A stretch of 63,254 bases of DNA, the filler included, from Octopus bimaculoides (taxonomy: Eukaryota): NCBI RefSeq assembly GCF_001194135.2. It is 6 parts of 6 records of this genome, joined end to end, with 100 filler letters (N's around TTAATTAATTAA, not from the genome) between each part and the next. Parts side by side here need not be neighbours in the genome. Positions count along the whole stretch, not along the records: positions 48,176 to 56,470 come from NC_068985.1; positions 56,571 to 60,251 come from NW_026400728.1; positions 60,352 to 63,254 come from NC_068982.1; 3 more parts are not named here. One strand, written 5' to 3'. A program made the position numbers and the translations under genes. The notes beneath the pieces were generated by a model. That model searched no databases. It had not been told where the DNA came from and saw only the letters and a program-made list of their open reading frames with translations. Within the stretch, counting starts at the first letter, position 1. Each line of letters opens with the position of its first letter. Below, piece after piece: positions 50,427 through 63,254 of the stretch.

Positions 50427-52450
50427 CAGACATACTTCGGATTAAGCCGTTCTCGATTATATGTCGGTTTTCAAAAATAATATATGGAAAAATAAAAATC
50501 AAGTTGAGTTATTTTACTCGACTTTACGTCTGTCCGCCACAAATATTGGAATTATAAAATCCCTAGGAAACCGTTAAAAGCACATAAAATTATGTTACTG
50601 TACAATAAATAAGAATAAAAGCAGATAAAATCATTAAAATACAAACAGTAATTGTTAAGATACACACCATTAAGTAGTTTAGCTTAACGAACGAAATCAT
50701 GAAATCAGCTGTTGCCTTATTTATCGGTCTTTCGGAGCTTATATTGTACTATAGTTCCAATATCTACCGTTAGGCGTCGTTGTCACACTTGATGCCCACG
50801 ATTGTTTTGAATTCGGATTTGTTTACGTCTGTTTATCGGCTACTTTCTCATTCTCATTCATTTGTGACTTTACTTTTTGCCCTCATGACAAAATTCACAG
50901 TGAAAGTGCTAAGCATCATGCTATAACGCTGGAAGATAAACTGGCTGTGATAAAAAGCCATGAAAAAGGTGAAAAAAATGGTAGTAATTGCACGATGTTT
51001 TGGAATGAGTTGGACAACTGTATCGACGACTGTACATAATAAGGACAAGATTTTAGCACATATCAGATCCGAAGCCCCAACGGTGAAGAACACTGTCATC
51101 GATAAGAAAAGAGGCAAAATCTTTGAAGAAATGGAAAGTCTTCTTTCTCTTTGGATTGTTAGGTTGAATCGTCAGCGTGTTACTATTAGTCAAGAAATCA
51201 TTCAAGAGAAACCGTTGTCTTTGTTTGAGGACCTGAAGAAAAAGTATTCAGATGAGAAAGCTATAGAGTTCAAAGCAAGTCAAGGATGGTTCATGAGATA
51301 CAAGGAGCGAAGACATTATCACTCCATTAAGAAGGAAGGTGAAAGTGCATCAGTTGACGAACAAGCAGCAGCGGAATTTCCTAATGCATTAAAGGAAACT
51401 ATCGGAGAAAACAGGTTTCTTCTCGAACAGATTTTTAACGTAGACGAAACTAGATTGTATTGGAAAAATTGCCTGACCGTTCATTCATTTCCAAGTAGGA
51501 GAAACCTATTCCAGGCTACAAGGTCTCAGAAGAACGTGTGCCCATTATGTTGGGAGGTAATTTTGCAGCAGATTTTAAGTTAAAACCATTGCTTGCGTAT
51601 CATGCACACAACTCCCGTGCCCTGACGAACACACCCAAGTTATCTCTCCCTGTTATATGGATGGCTAATTCAAAAGCATGGGTTACTGTTGCTGCTTTTG
51701 AAAATTGGTTCTTCAATCATTTTATCCCAGCAACATAGTACTGTAAGGAGAAGGGGATTCCTTTTAAGGTTTTACTTATCTTAGATAATGCTCCTGGCCA
51801 CCCGAAAAATATCGTAGATTTTGACCTCAACGTTACCGTCGTATACCTCCTTCCGAACACTGTCTCTTCTGCAGCTAATGGATCAGGGAATAATTGCTAT
51901 CTTCAAGTGTTACTATATGAAGCGTACGCTGCGGCAAGCAATAGCGGCAACTGATCTTGATGAGTTCATCACACTTCGTGACTTTTGGAAGAGATACAGA
52001 TTCTGGTTGTACAGAAAGAGACTTCGAGGGGTTTGAATTTGAGACACCTGTAATCGAGGAGATAGTATCTGTTGGCAAGTCCACGGGCATCGCAGTTGAT
52101 GATGGAGACATTAACGATCTCGCCGAGGAACAATCAAAGGAGCTGACGACGGATGAACTCCTGCAGCTTCAGAAGCAGCAGCACTAGGACGCGGCGGAAG
52201 GGATTTGTTCCCCGGAGGAGGAGAGTGTAGCAGAGAATGCTATCTCTACGAGTGACCTAAAGGCAGTGTTGGCGAAGTGACAATATGCCTCTGAATTAGT
52301 AGAAAAATATCATCCTGAAAAGGTAGCTACAGCTACTTTATTTAATGATACTGATCTGGCGCATTTTCATAATCTTTGGAAAGGCAGGAAAAAGCAGACT
52401 ACTCTTGATAGGTTTCTAATGAAACGACCTGCAAGCGTAAAAAAGTAAAG
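50427..52450 (+). mobile_element. Tigger/pogo DNA transposon with a pseudogenised transposase
   Basis: The 5' end TA|CAGACATACTTCG resembles a Tigger TIR. Peptides include the CENP-B-type HTH (FKASQGWF), QIFNVDETRLYWK, SKAWVT, LLILDNAPGHP, LQLMDQGIIAIFKCYY and KQTTLDRFL. It has frameshifts and an internal deletion, and I found no 3' TIR. Confidence 0.92.
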
Positions 52451-53563
52451 AAAGTGTGTCCCAAAAGCCTAAATTAAGCAAACGCCAGAAATCGGTAATC
52501 GGTAATCCTCCTCCTCCCCTCCATTAATAATGTGTGGGCAGATGAGAGGGGCAATATGGCAAAGCTATAGTCAGGGGCCTTCTGATGACTAAAATAAACA
52601 TTCCATGCAGCTGACAATTTTATCACAAGATTCAAAATGACGATGAATTATTTTAAAAATGTAGTTTTAAGCGAAAAATACGAAAGAACTGATGGCTGAG
52701 TAAAATATTGGTTTCAAATTTTGGCACAAGGCCAACAATTTCAGGGAGAGGATAAGTCGGTTACATCAGTGGTTCGTAACCTGTGGTTCACAGCATGTGG
52801 TTTGCGGACGCCTGGTGATCCGCAAAGGCAGTACTGGGGGTCCGTGAACTAAATTCAAAATCTCACATACCGTTGGCTCGAAACGTAAAAGACTTTCTCA
52901 CTTTACCGACTGCCAAACAATTACACGAGTGAGTTGCTCATACACCTGTCTTCGTCTTTTGTTATTCTGTAAATTTCAGCTATATATATATATATATATA
53001 TAGTTAAAAAAAAACAATAACAAAAAAAACNNNNNNNNNNNNNNNNNNNNNNNNNNNNNNNNNNNNNNNNNNNNNNNNNNNNNNNNNNNNNNNNNNNNNN
53101 NNNNNNNNNNNNNNNNNNNNNNNNNNNNNNACTAATTATGAAAATGAAATTCATTTTCCCTATAAATCCATAGTTAAAAAGTTATTCGCCTTTAAAATTT
53201 GCAAAATTTGAGTATTTTAGCGAATCAGAAGTGAGTATTTCAGACCTCACTGTGGTGAAAAAGTCTGTTTCTATATCAACTAAAGCAAAGAAGCACTGCG
53301 TGTTCCATAGCCGATTGCGAAGAACTCTTTTTCCATAGTAACTAAAGATGCTGCGCATGCACACAAGGAGTGTAACCACCACTTGTTCTATAATTGCTTG
53401 TTTTCATAACAGATGGGACTCACATTCAACAAATTGAAACTACTTATATTTGAGTTAAGTGGAGAAGGAGATACAAGAAAGATAATTTATTTTATAAAAT
53501 CCTAAAGTGTATTACAAACTTTCGTTCTTGAAATTTTTAAACTAATAAATGTCAGTTTTAAAC

Positions 53564-53760
53564 AATGTTTTGACTGTTATTTCTAGCAACTCTTGTTGGC
53601 TTGTTCATAGCTTTTAAATATTTAATATGCTCGCGAAATATTAACTTTGCTTGTGAATATTTTAATGTTTTGACTGTTATTTCTAGCAACTCCTGTTGGT
53701 TTGTTTGTTTGTAGCTTTTAAATATTTAATTTACTCGCGTAGCTAGTTTAATGTTTTGAC
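53564..53760. repeat. ~99-bp tandem duplication
   Basis: aatgttttgactgttatttctagcaactc occurs at about 53564 and 53663, with a partial third start at about 53749. Confidence 0.85.
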
Positions 53761-53984
53761 ACGCCGATTTTACACCCGCTCCCTGATGATGAAAGAGGCA
53801 GCGAACGCGCTGTTTTTTGATTGACTACAAATTCTAAAAATTATCAAACTTTGAAAACCTGTAAGATTTTTGCAAAATTTTTCTGGGAAAATGAATAACA
53901 AATTCAGATTCAGCGTCAAAAATTACATCTATATGATACATTAAAGAAAATTTTTAAAGACAATTGTAAACGGCACGTTAGTTA

Positions 53985-54389
53985 GGCGCAGGAGTGGCTG
54001 TGTGGTAAGTAGCTTGCTTACCAACCACATGGTTCCGGGTTCAGTCCCACTGCGTGGCACCTTGCGCAAGTGTCTTCTACTATAGCCTCGGGCCGAGCAA
54101 AGCCTTGTGAGTGGATTTGGTAGACGGAAACTGAAAGAAGCCCGTCGTATATATGTATATATATATATGTGTCTGTGTGTTTGTGTGTCTGTGTTTGTCC
54201 CCCACCATCGCTTGACAACCGATGCTGGTGTGTTTATGTCCCCGTAACTTAGCAGTTCGGCAAAAAGAGACCGACAGAATAAGTACTAGGCTTACAAAGA
54301 ATAAGTCCTGGGGTCGATTTGCTCGACTAAAGGCGGTTCTCCAGCATGGCCGCAGTCAAATGACTGAAACAAGTAAAAGAGTAAAGAGT
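53985..54389 (+). mobile_element. Family B SINE, full length and young
   Basis: Complete head, core, TG microsatellite and tail ending gactgaaacaagtaaaagagtaaagagt; highly similar to 62803-63226. Confidence 0.92.
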
Positions 54390-55689
54390 GACGAAAACTA
54401 CAAAGACCCAAAAAGAATATATATACATATATCTGAAACAAAACAAAGCCAAGAGGACAAAAAAACAAAAACCCCAAAAAAAAACATGGCGAATAACCAG
54501 CAGACTAACAACAAACGAAATTGGTCTGATAATGAAATTGACTTCCTAACAAGCACAAGGTTTTCTCTCTACCAAACAGAAAACATAAACACTTCGTATC
54601 AAAATGAGATTGCCGAAAAAAAAACACAAAAAAACTCAACACGTGCTCTGTTAAGTAAACTCACAGCAAACTAAAACATCCAGGTTTCCGTCAACCTAGT
54701 TCACGGTCATTTTGGAAGACTTCGATATATTTTCTCTTTAAATATTGGCTAAGCACAGTAACAACAATAACAACAACGACGACGACGACGACGACAAAAA
54801 CAACAACAGCAGCCAAAAATCCATGAACCGTAACAACAACAGGAAGAGCTGCTCCTTAATTCTTGTATAATAACTGATTTACTGAACGATAGTATCTCTT
54901 CACTTCTCTCTCACTCGCCGCGATTATTATCGTCGTCATCTTCATCGTCATCACCACCATCGCCTCCACTGTCTTCTACCACCTCACATACTAAAAATAA
55001 ACCACAGCTTTCTTCTCCCACACCGCCACCTCAATCCTACTGTATTATAAAAAAACCTACAAAAAAATCTATGAAGCGAAATTTGTCTCCCACGACTCTA
55101 ACAAGAAACCCCCAAATATGCCGTTATTCCCTACGTTGCAGGTTCTGCACACACATAGTGACTGCATCTTTACACATCTACCTGGCACTGGACCCACGAA
55201 CCAGACAAACACTACCAGCCATGGTCAAAGCACGTATACAACAATAACATCAACATCAACACCACCAAATAGTAAATTGAATGTTAAAACACATATAACA
55301 CGGAATCCCAACGCGAGAAACTATGACTGTTGCGTGACTGTCCCTTCACTCATCTTCCAGGGACCCGACGCACTAACAGAAATGGGGTTCCAAGCCAACA
55401 CACAAACCACAGTAAAACACTGCCTACCGCAGTAATGCTGGTGCATTTTTTTCACGAAGACACAACAACAACACCAACGACAACAAAAGCGGAAACGACA
55501 GCCCTATCCAACAGTGCAACCACAACTCCAGTCAAAAACTGCTCCCTAAGCAGGAAAATTCTTTTTTAGCCATGTTGAACCTGACAAAAAAAATACAAAA
55601 AATCCTTTTAGCCATCACTCAATACTATCCTATGCTATTATCCCAGTGCACTCCCACCCCCACATTGCTGTCATTAACACACAATCAGA

Positions 55690-56330
55690 AAAAAGCCCCC
55701 TACAACAGAGTTTTGATTTTGTAGGACATATTAACCTAATAGATGGTTTACTTTGAAAGTTAGGTTTGTGGTCGTTCAGTGTAAAATGTGGTGAAGTCGG
55801 AGCGCATGGTTCAGTTCTATTGGATAGGTCCAAATCCTTTCGTAGTTTGCAATGTGTTTTATTAATATCATTCAATGCATTTGCGTGAGCGTGTTTCTAA
55901 TTAGTCTTATCTCCTTTTTGTATTAAACTAATGTAGGTTTCAATAGGTAATGAATAGAGGTTCTTTGTTTTAACAGAAAATGCATCTAAATATTGTGAGG
56001 AACGTATTTTTGAAATGGTTTCAGAGAGTTCTTTTTGAAATGGATTAGTATATTTAGAATATTTTAGGTCTTTTATGATATGCATTAAGTCTTTTTCGAA
56101 TTTCACCATACCACGATTTGGAGGAGTGTTCATATAAGATTTGATATTGTAAGTATAGTTTTAACAGGGTGTTTGGATTTTGATCTGGTGTTATAAAAGA
56201 ATGCTCTCCATCTCATCCTAGTAATGAGATCGTTAGTTTTTTGTAGAAGGGCTTCCATATATGCATCCCTAGATAGTATCGGGATATTTTTAGTTGAACA
56301 ACCTGTGAACTGATTCTCCATTAATACTGC
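55690..56330 (-). mobile_element. PLE N-terminal and RT-proximal fragment
   Basis: Frameshifted pieces STKNIPILSRDAYMEALLQKTNDLITRMRWRAFF, FEKDLMHII and TLNDHKPNFQSKPSIRLICPTKS; same type as 37230-38450. Confidence 0.8.
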
Positions 56331-56439
56331 CTGTATGAAGCGCTGCAGGTGAAAAATTGTATATAGTAAAATTTCTTTGTGTATTGTACAGGTAGCAGTT
56401 TGAAGTGCTCAAATAAAAGCCCGAGACACAAGATAAAAA

Positions 56440-56470
<31 letters not shown>

Positions 56471-56834
56471 NNNNNNNNNNNNNNNNNNNNNNNNNNNNNN
56501 NNNNNNNNNNNNNNTTAATTAATTAANNNNNNNNNNNNNNNNNNNNNNNNNNNNNNNNNNNNNNNNNNNNATATATATATATATGTATATATATATGTAT
56601 ATGTATGGATATAAATATATATATGTATGCTTGTATGTATATATATATATGCTGTTGTTTATTTCACTATCTACCTATTTATTTATCAAACCATCTCAAT
56701 ATCTATTTATCAGAGCTCTATGGCTATTTATCGCGCTATCTTGATATGCAATTTTCAACGCATTATATGTCTATCAATGAGTGTGCATACCCCCACCACA
56801 CACACACAAACATATATATATATATATATGTATG

Positions 56835-56865
<31 letters not shown>

Positions 56866-56873
56866 AGATAAAG

Positions 56874-56938
<65 letters not shown>

Positions 56939-56959
56939 TATACATACATACGTACATGG

Positions 56960-57108
56960 GTAGCTAGATAGATGTAGCTATGACAGAAATTTGCTTCGCA
57001 ACAAGAGGATATCAGGTTCAGTTCCACTGCATGGCACCTTGCCCAACTATAGCCCCAGGCCAACCCAAGCTTCATGAGAGCATTTGGCAGACAGAAACTG
57101 AAAGAAGC

Positions 57109-57115
<7 letters not shown>
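56960..57115 (+). mobile_element. Family B SINE, 5' half, diverged
   Basis: ggttcagttccactgcatggcaccttgcccaactatagcccc...cagaaactgaaagaagcc. Confidence 0.7.
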
Positions 57116-57145
<30 letters not shown>

Positions 57146-58791
57146 CAAGTGAATGACTGAAGATGGAATACACGAGAATTTAATTAATCACAACAATTGT
57201 TTCAATGCATCTAGCATCAATTCCTCTTGGGTGGGACACTCAGCAACTGTTTCAGGAGCATCCGGTGGTGCAAACGTATCTTCTCAGGTGGTAAATAGAT
57301 ACAACTCATTAAAATGACTGTAACTTTCCATTTAGTGGAGAGAAAAGCAGCCAAATGGAGGAAATATCTTCAGATGACAAAAAGAGAAACGAACAGGCAA
57401 TCCAGCGAGGAAAGTATTAAAAATAACAGTTAACAGATATGGATGTATAAACACCCTCAGGCACGCTGCATGGTGCCAGTACGCTCGTTCATCCAAGCAT
57501 CTGCGAAAATGTGAGCATACGCACATGTGAAATATTGAACTTCAGATAGAATGAAAAAAAATATAGCTATGAATAAAAGGTGCGTAGATTATGAATTTTG
57601 ATTGAAGGGATGGGACCCCAAAACAAAAGGTTGCACGGTGGTCTCTAAAAGTCATGTAATAGAGTTGATAATAGCAATCTTATAAATTGTAATTCGTTCC
57701 CAGAAAAATATTTTACCTATAAAATTTATAATAATCGTAAAAATCACTGCCACCATCACCACCACCACCACCACCACCACAGCTACCACCACAACAACCA
57801 CTGCCAACCACCATCACCAACTCTACCATAACCACCAACANNNNNNNNNNNNNNNNNNNNNNNNNNNNNNNNNNNNNNNNNNNNNNNNNNNNNNNNNNNN
57901 NNNNNNNNNNNNNNNNNNNNNNNNNNNNNNNNNNNNNNNNNNNNNNNNNNNNNNNNNNNNNNNNNNNNNNNNNNNNNNNNNNNNNNNNNNNNNNNNNNNN
58001 NNNNNNNNNNNNNNNNNNNNNNNNNNNNNNNNNNNNNNNNNNNNNNNNNNNNNNNNNNNNNNNNNNNNNNNNNNNNNNNNNNNNNNNNNNNNNNNNNNNN
58101 NNNNNNNNNNNNNNNNNNNNNNNNNNNNNNNNNNNNNNNNNNNNNNNNNNNNNNNNNNNNNCCACAACTACCATAATCACCACCATCGCAACTACTACCA
58201 CAAAAAACATTGCCACCACCAACACCACCACCATCACAACCACCATCACGACCACCATCACAACCACCACCACCACCACTACCAACACCGCCACCATCAT
58301 TACCACTACTTCTGCTGTCATTACTCTACATACCAACACCACCACTGCTACAACTACACATACCACAGACAACTCTCTACTACTACTACCATAACTATCA
58401 CTACATTACGACGACAACCACCACCACCATCATCATCATCATCCGCTTCATCATCCTAAATGTTGGTGATGTTCTTGCTGTCGCTACTGCGGTCTCTTCT
58501 CTTTGAAGCCGTCTTGCAAAGTTTTGGTCTGCTTGACCAAATCAGGCATCATCTCAAACACCTATTGTTTCCAACAGTCCGGCAGAGCTGCCCACAACAT
58601 TCCCGCACACTGTGTAATGTGATGCGTACGTCTGCACGCGTGCGGGTGTCTGTGTGTGCACGTGTGAAGTGAATGCGTATGTGTGTATGTGAGAGAATGT
58701 GCGTTCTTGTTTATGTGTCTTTAAGTCGTTAAATGATACACACACAAAAGTATTAGTCGTTTGGTCTATGCACATATATGCATATACATAC

Positions 58792-58822
<31 letters not shown>

Positions 58823-59650
58823 TATATATATATACATATGTGTATGTACATACATGTGTGTATACATATATATATGCATGCATGTATATATGGATTATAT
58901 GTGGGTGTATATATATATATATATAGTCTTTGGTCTATGCACATACATACACACACACACACAGATATATACACACACATGCATGCATATATATATACAC
59001 ACACACATGTGTATGTGTGCATAGACCTATGACTATATATATACCTATCTCCAACTTTCATCCGCATCTATATACACTTTCATGCATGATATGCAGATGT
59101 CCATATCATGCATGAGATTGTACATACATAAGTGTGTGNNNNNNNNNNNNNNNNNNNNNNNNNNNNNNNNNNNNNNNNNNNNNNNNNNNNNNNNNNNNNN
59201 NNNNNNNNNNNNNNNNNNNNNNNNNNNNNNNNNNNNNNNNNNNNNNNNNNNNNNNNNNNNNNNNNNNNNNNNNNNNNNNNNNNNNNNNNNNNNNNNNNNN
59301 NNNNNNNNNNNNNNNNNNNNNNNNNNNNNNNNNNNNNNNNNNNNNNNNNNNNNNNNNNNNNNNNNNNNNNNNNNNNNNNNNNNNNNNNNNNNNNNNNNNN
59401 NNNNNNNNNNNNNNNNNNNNNNNNNNNNNNNNNNNNNNNNNNNNNNNNNNNNNNNNNNNNNNNNNNNNNNNNNNNNNNNNNNNNNNNNNNNNNNNNNNNN
59501 NNNNNNNNNNNNNNNNNNNNNNNNNNNNNNNNNNNNNNNNNNNNNNNNNNNNNNNNNNNNNNNNNNNNNNNNNNNNNNNNNNNNNNNNNNNNNNNNNNNN
59601 NNNNNNNNNNNNNNNNNNNNNNNNNNNNNNNNNNNNNNNNNNNNNNNNNN

Positions 59651-59695
<45 letters not shown>

Positions 59696-59909
59696 AGTGT
59701 GTGTGTGTGTGTAAGCATCCACCTATTTCAGCAATCCAAACAAATCAACGCATATACACACACACACATACACACACTGACATACACACACTGAAATACA
59801 TACACACATACACGCATGTACTTTACTCAGATATGTAATCACCACAAGGACCAAAAAAAAAAACACCACCACCACCATCATAGAAAAGGTTGCATAGACA
59901 CACATAAAT

Positions 59910-59942
<33 letters not shown>

Positions 59943-59976
59943 CAAAAGCTTTCAAGACACTATTTCATATATTGAT

Positions 59977-60015
<39 letters not shown>

Positions 60016-61642
60016 CACATACACATAGACATACATATGCAAGACCTTCCAAGACACTCATTCACACACTAATATACACATACAAACACACACACACATT
60101 AAAAGATGAATACTGCACATCAACATAATCACATTATACGTCCAGCAAAACACACAAACACACACTCATATGGACATACATACGCATACACATACGCACG
60201 TATACACACATCTATACTTACACCCACCCACATACACATACACATATACATNNNNNNNNNNNNNNNNNNNNNNNNNNNNNNNNNNNNNNNNNNNNTTAAT
60301 TAATTAANNNNNNNNNNNNNNNNNNNNNNNNNNNNNNNNNNNNNNNNNNNNACAAAATATGGGTATATGCATATATATGTACATGTATGTACATACCTTC
60401 ATCTACATGTACATATAGATACATAACTGGGTACATGACGTGGCAAAAGAACATGGACAAAATGATAAACAAGGTACAACAAACAAGCAAGCCACATAGA
60501 AACATCTCCTTCATCAGCTGCCACCATTACAACACCGGCGTTTCGAAGAATTACACTGGGCTTCCATGTAGTTTCTGTTTACCAATTTCACTCACAAGAA
60601 ATCAGTCACTCCTAGGCTACAGTAGGAAGCACTCTCTCAAGATGTCACGAAGTAAAATAGAACTGAAGATCATGTGGTTACGGAGCAAACTCCGTATCCA
60701 CTTAGTCATATCTGCTCCTATAAACAAAAAAATGTGTGAGCGCGTGTGTAAATGCATGTGTGTATGTGTGTGTGTGTGTATATATATATATGTATATGTG
60801 TGTGGGTGTGAGAGAGAAAGGGAGAAGAGAGAAATAGTGAGGCGGGTGACTCCTTCGTCTCAAAATACTAATGATAGAATTACATACAACTATTTCCTCT
60901 GATCGGTCAACTGCAAGTAAATAGTTTCTTTACCTTAGGCACATGGCCAATTTCTTACAAGGGTGAAACAGCTGATATTATTGTTCTTGGTACCTCAGAG
61001 AGCATTATTTTTGTGATTCTACGTAGAAGATGGATAAATTGTAAAGCTTACATCCCTCCAGCTTAACTTGAGTTTAGAAACAGAAAAAGCATTAAAATTA
61101 AATGAAACAAAACAAATTATGTAGCTTATACTAAATCTACCCCTTCCTGCACCAATGAGAATACACCTGGCCTGGTGAATAACGTGTCAGATTCATGATT
61201 ATAAGGTTCAATTCCTGGACCGGAGAGAGCAAGGCGTTTCATTTTACACTGTTTCAATTTCTTCGGCTGAATATGAGTACTAGTATGGGGCTAATGCAAC
61301 CTTTTTTACCTCCTGTTCTAACTTCCTGGGTATTCCGCTGGATGGAAAGTCAAGAGTGTCTGTATCTGCTCATGACTACATGGGCCCCTAAAACAATTAG
61401 CGAAAGCATGGTACATGCTATCAGGTCATACACACACGCGAGCGGCGGATGACTGTACATGCTTTGGATTGAAAAGGGAATGCGAAAAGTCTACCAAATA
61501 GAAATATGGAAATGGAACCAGAAAGACAAATCGGTTGCAGGTCCATAGCATAAGTTCTCAAACTAACAAGTAGCAGTCCCCTTAGTCCCGATTTATTAAT
61601 TAGAAGATAAAACTTAATGTGCATCCATATAAAATAGGTAAA

Positions 61643-61805
61643 GGCATGGCGGTGTGGTTAAGAAGCTTGCTTCTCAGCTATGTGGTTTGGGGTTCAATCC
61701 CACTGCGTGGCACCTTGGGCAAATGTCTTCTCGTATAGCCTCGGGTCAACCAAAGCTTTCTAAGTGAATTAGGTAGACGGAAACTGAAAGAAACCCGTCG
61801 TATAT
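61643..61805 (+). mobile_element. Family B SINE head and core (a different body follows to about 62060)
   Basis: A-box, ggttcaatccc B-box, then gtggcaccttgggcaaatgtcttc...gaaactgaaagaaacccgtcg. Confidence 0.8.
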
Positions 61806-62380
61806 GCATGTAAATATGCATGTATATGGGTGTTTGAGGTGGTCTCAGGTTGTCTTGATATCACGTGATGGTTCTAAATAAGCATCACCGGCATACAAGC
61901 GATGTTGTTTGTTTCCAAACTTCCGTAAAAAAAGAAAAATGCCTGACCATGGGGAAGTATTACCTAGCTTGGAAACAGGAGGGCTGGCAACAGGAAGGGC
62001 ATCCAGCCATAGAAAATCTACCTCAACGAATACCGTCTGACCCATGCAAGCATGAAAATTTGTTTAAAACGATGATGACGATAATTTTTCTTTTTTTTGC
62101 CAGCAATTCGTCCCCCTCGTTTTTAATTTTCACAGCTGCCCGCCCACACCTATGAGAAACACTGGGCTATAGGTTTGTCAATTTGTAATTTCATCAATTA
62201 TTTTGTGTTCGTTGTACAAGCACTAACTGTTGCTTATCATTATTAGTTCACATATGACGAGGTGCAATCCACCAACAGCAGATAAGAAAGCAATGTATAG
62301 TTGATGAAGTGGCCATTAGCTCAGCGTTTCTCATCATGAGGATTAAAAAGAGCAGATAAATTGTCATGTTTTATATAATA

Positions 62381-62563
62381 CTAGCAAACGCACCCGTCCT
62401 TTGGACGGTTTAAGTTGCTTTGGTGGTATTTTTTTCACCAAATAATTGAACTACCGAGAAGGTTTATGAGTAGCGCAGCAATCTGTTTCCAATTAACCTA
62501 GGAACGGAAAATCAAATTGACGGCTAGTTACTGTGGATGTCGTCGCATTTTAATGATCATAGA
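62381..62563 (-). mobile_element. Candidate ~183-bp mini-Helitron
   Basis: The minus strand ends with hairpin ccgtcc-aaa-ggacgg, 9 nt, then CTAG|T, the canonical Helitron 3' end. The putative 5' end is TCTATGATCATTAAAA. Confidence 0.55.
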
Positions 62564-62802
62564 ACATATAAGTTTGCAAGCGATGCAAAGTAGAGTTACT
62601 GAAGTGTTTTGAGAGTAGATTACTGATAATAATTACGAAATATAGTTGTTTTACATGAAAGGGAAATTTCTTGTCAGAAACAGCCACATAAATGGTGTAA
62701 GGAAATTGAAGGAAGATGTTAAAACTTCCCCCCTGCAAGTTCATTTTATTCAACAGCTAGGAATGTCCTGCCTTGGTTTTTGTTGTCTTTTTTCCTCTGA
62801 TA

Positions 62803-62975
62803 GGTGCAGGAGTGGCAGTGTAGCAAGTAGCTTGCTTACCAACCACATGGTTCTGGGTTCAGTCCCACTGTGTAGCAGCTTGGGTAAGTGTCTTCCACTA
62901 TAGCCTCGGGCCGACCAAAGCCTTGTGAGTGGATTTGGTAGACAGAAACTGAAAGAATCTCGTCGTATATATGTG

Positions 62976-63010
<35 letters not shown>

Positions 63011-63226
63011 GTGCGTATATGTTTGTGTGTCTGTGTTTGTCCCCCCAACATCGCTTGACAACCAATGGTCGTGTGTTTACATCCCCGTAACTGAGAGGTT
63101 TGGCAAAAGAGATCAATAGAATAAGTACTAGGCTTACAAAGAATAAGTCCCGGGGTCGATTTGCTCGACTAAAGGCGGTACTCCAACATGGCCACAGTCA
63201 AATGACTGAAACAAGTAAAAGAGTAA
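62803..63226 (+). mobile_element. Family B SINE, full length
   Basis: Same structure as 53985-54389. Confidence 0.92.
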
Positions 63227-63254
63227 TATATATAAATATGTATATATATCATGG

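Noticed and set aside
52767-52860. cagtggttcgtaacctgtgg..., a hAT/Charlie-like terminal repeat
   Set aside because: Only one end is visible and there is no target-site duplication, so it is too little to annotate.
58750-59035. Repeated ttggtctatgcacata (two direct copies, one inverted)
   Set aside because: These are short units embedded in TA/CA microsatellite and are explained by slippage and local duplication.
3460-60514. Long ORF-track entries made of X, YI, HT, CV, poly-N, poly-L or poly-V
   Set aside because: These are translations of N gaps and microsatellites with no coding support.
60440-60545. Minus-strand GAAACGCCGGT followed by CTGATGAAGG
   Set aside because: The motifs are in the wrong order for a type I hammerhead, there is no downstream GAAA, and no closing stems form.
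60387-60902. 171-aa ORF
   Set aside because: It spans microsatellite, a repeat fragment and an antisense SINE, with no splice or domain support.

Overview
AT-rich, gap- and microsatellite-rich animal genomic DNA, probably from an octopus or other cephalopod. That assignment is inferred from recalled SINE families and repeat composition, not from a search. One host gene is supported. Six + strand exons (802-1310, 4990-5170, 12470-12633, 15535-15774, 22315-22687, 25811-27199) have canonical AG/GT borders and matching phases. They join into about 951 stop-free codons of a polycystin-1 (PKD1)-like ectodomain: WSC, PKD-like, a Cys-rich region and about 6 PKD repeats. The start and end of the gene lie outside the window or in gaps, and I found no exon after 27199. 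The rest is intronic and filled with decayed transposons: several Penelope-like elements (PLEs), HERO and R4/Dong non-LTR fragments, a zinc-knuckle ORF1-only element, mariner, Tigger/pogo, Helitron-like pieces and tRNA-derived SINEs. The most interesting signals are RNA-structural. There are several minimal hammerhead ribozyme motifs, including a pair inside a head-to-head inverted tRNA-headed SINE-like element, and several long inverted repeats. Nearly all ORF-track entries are microsatellite or N-gap artefacts. No prokaryotic features and no CRISPR array. Family assignments rest on motifs recognised by eye and on recalled sequences.
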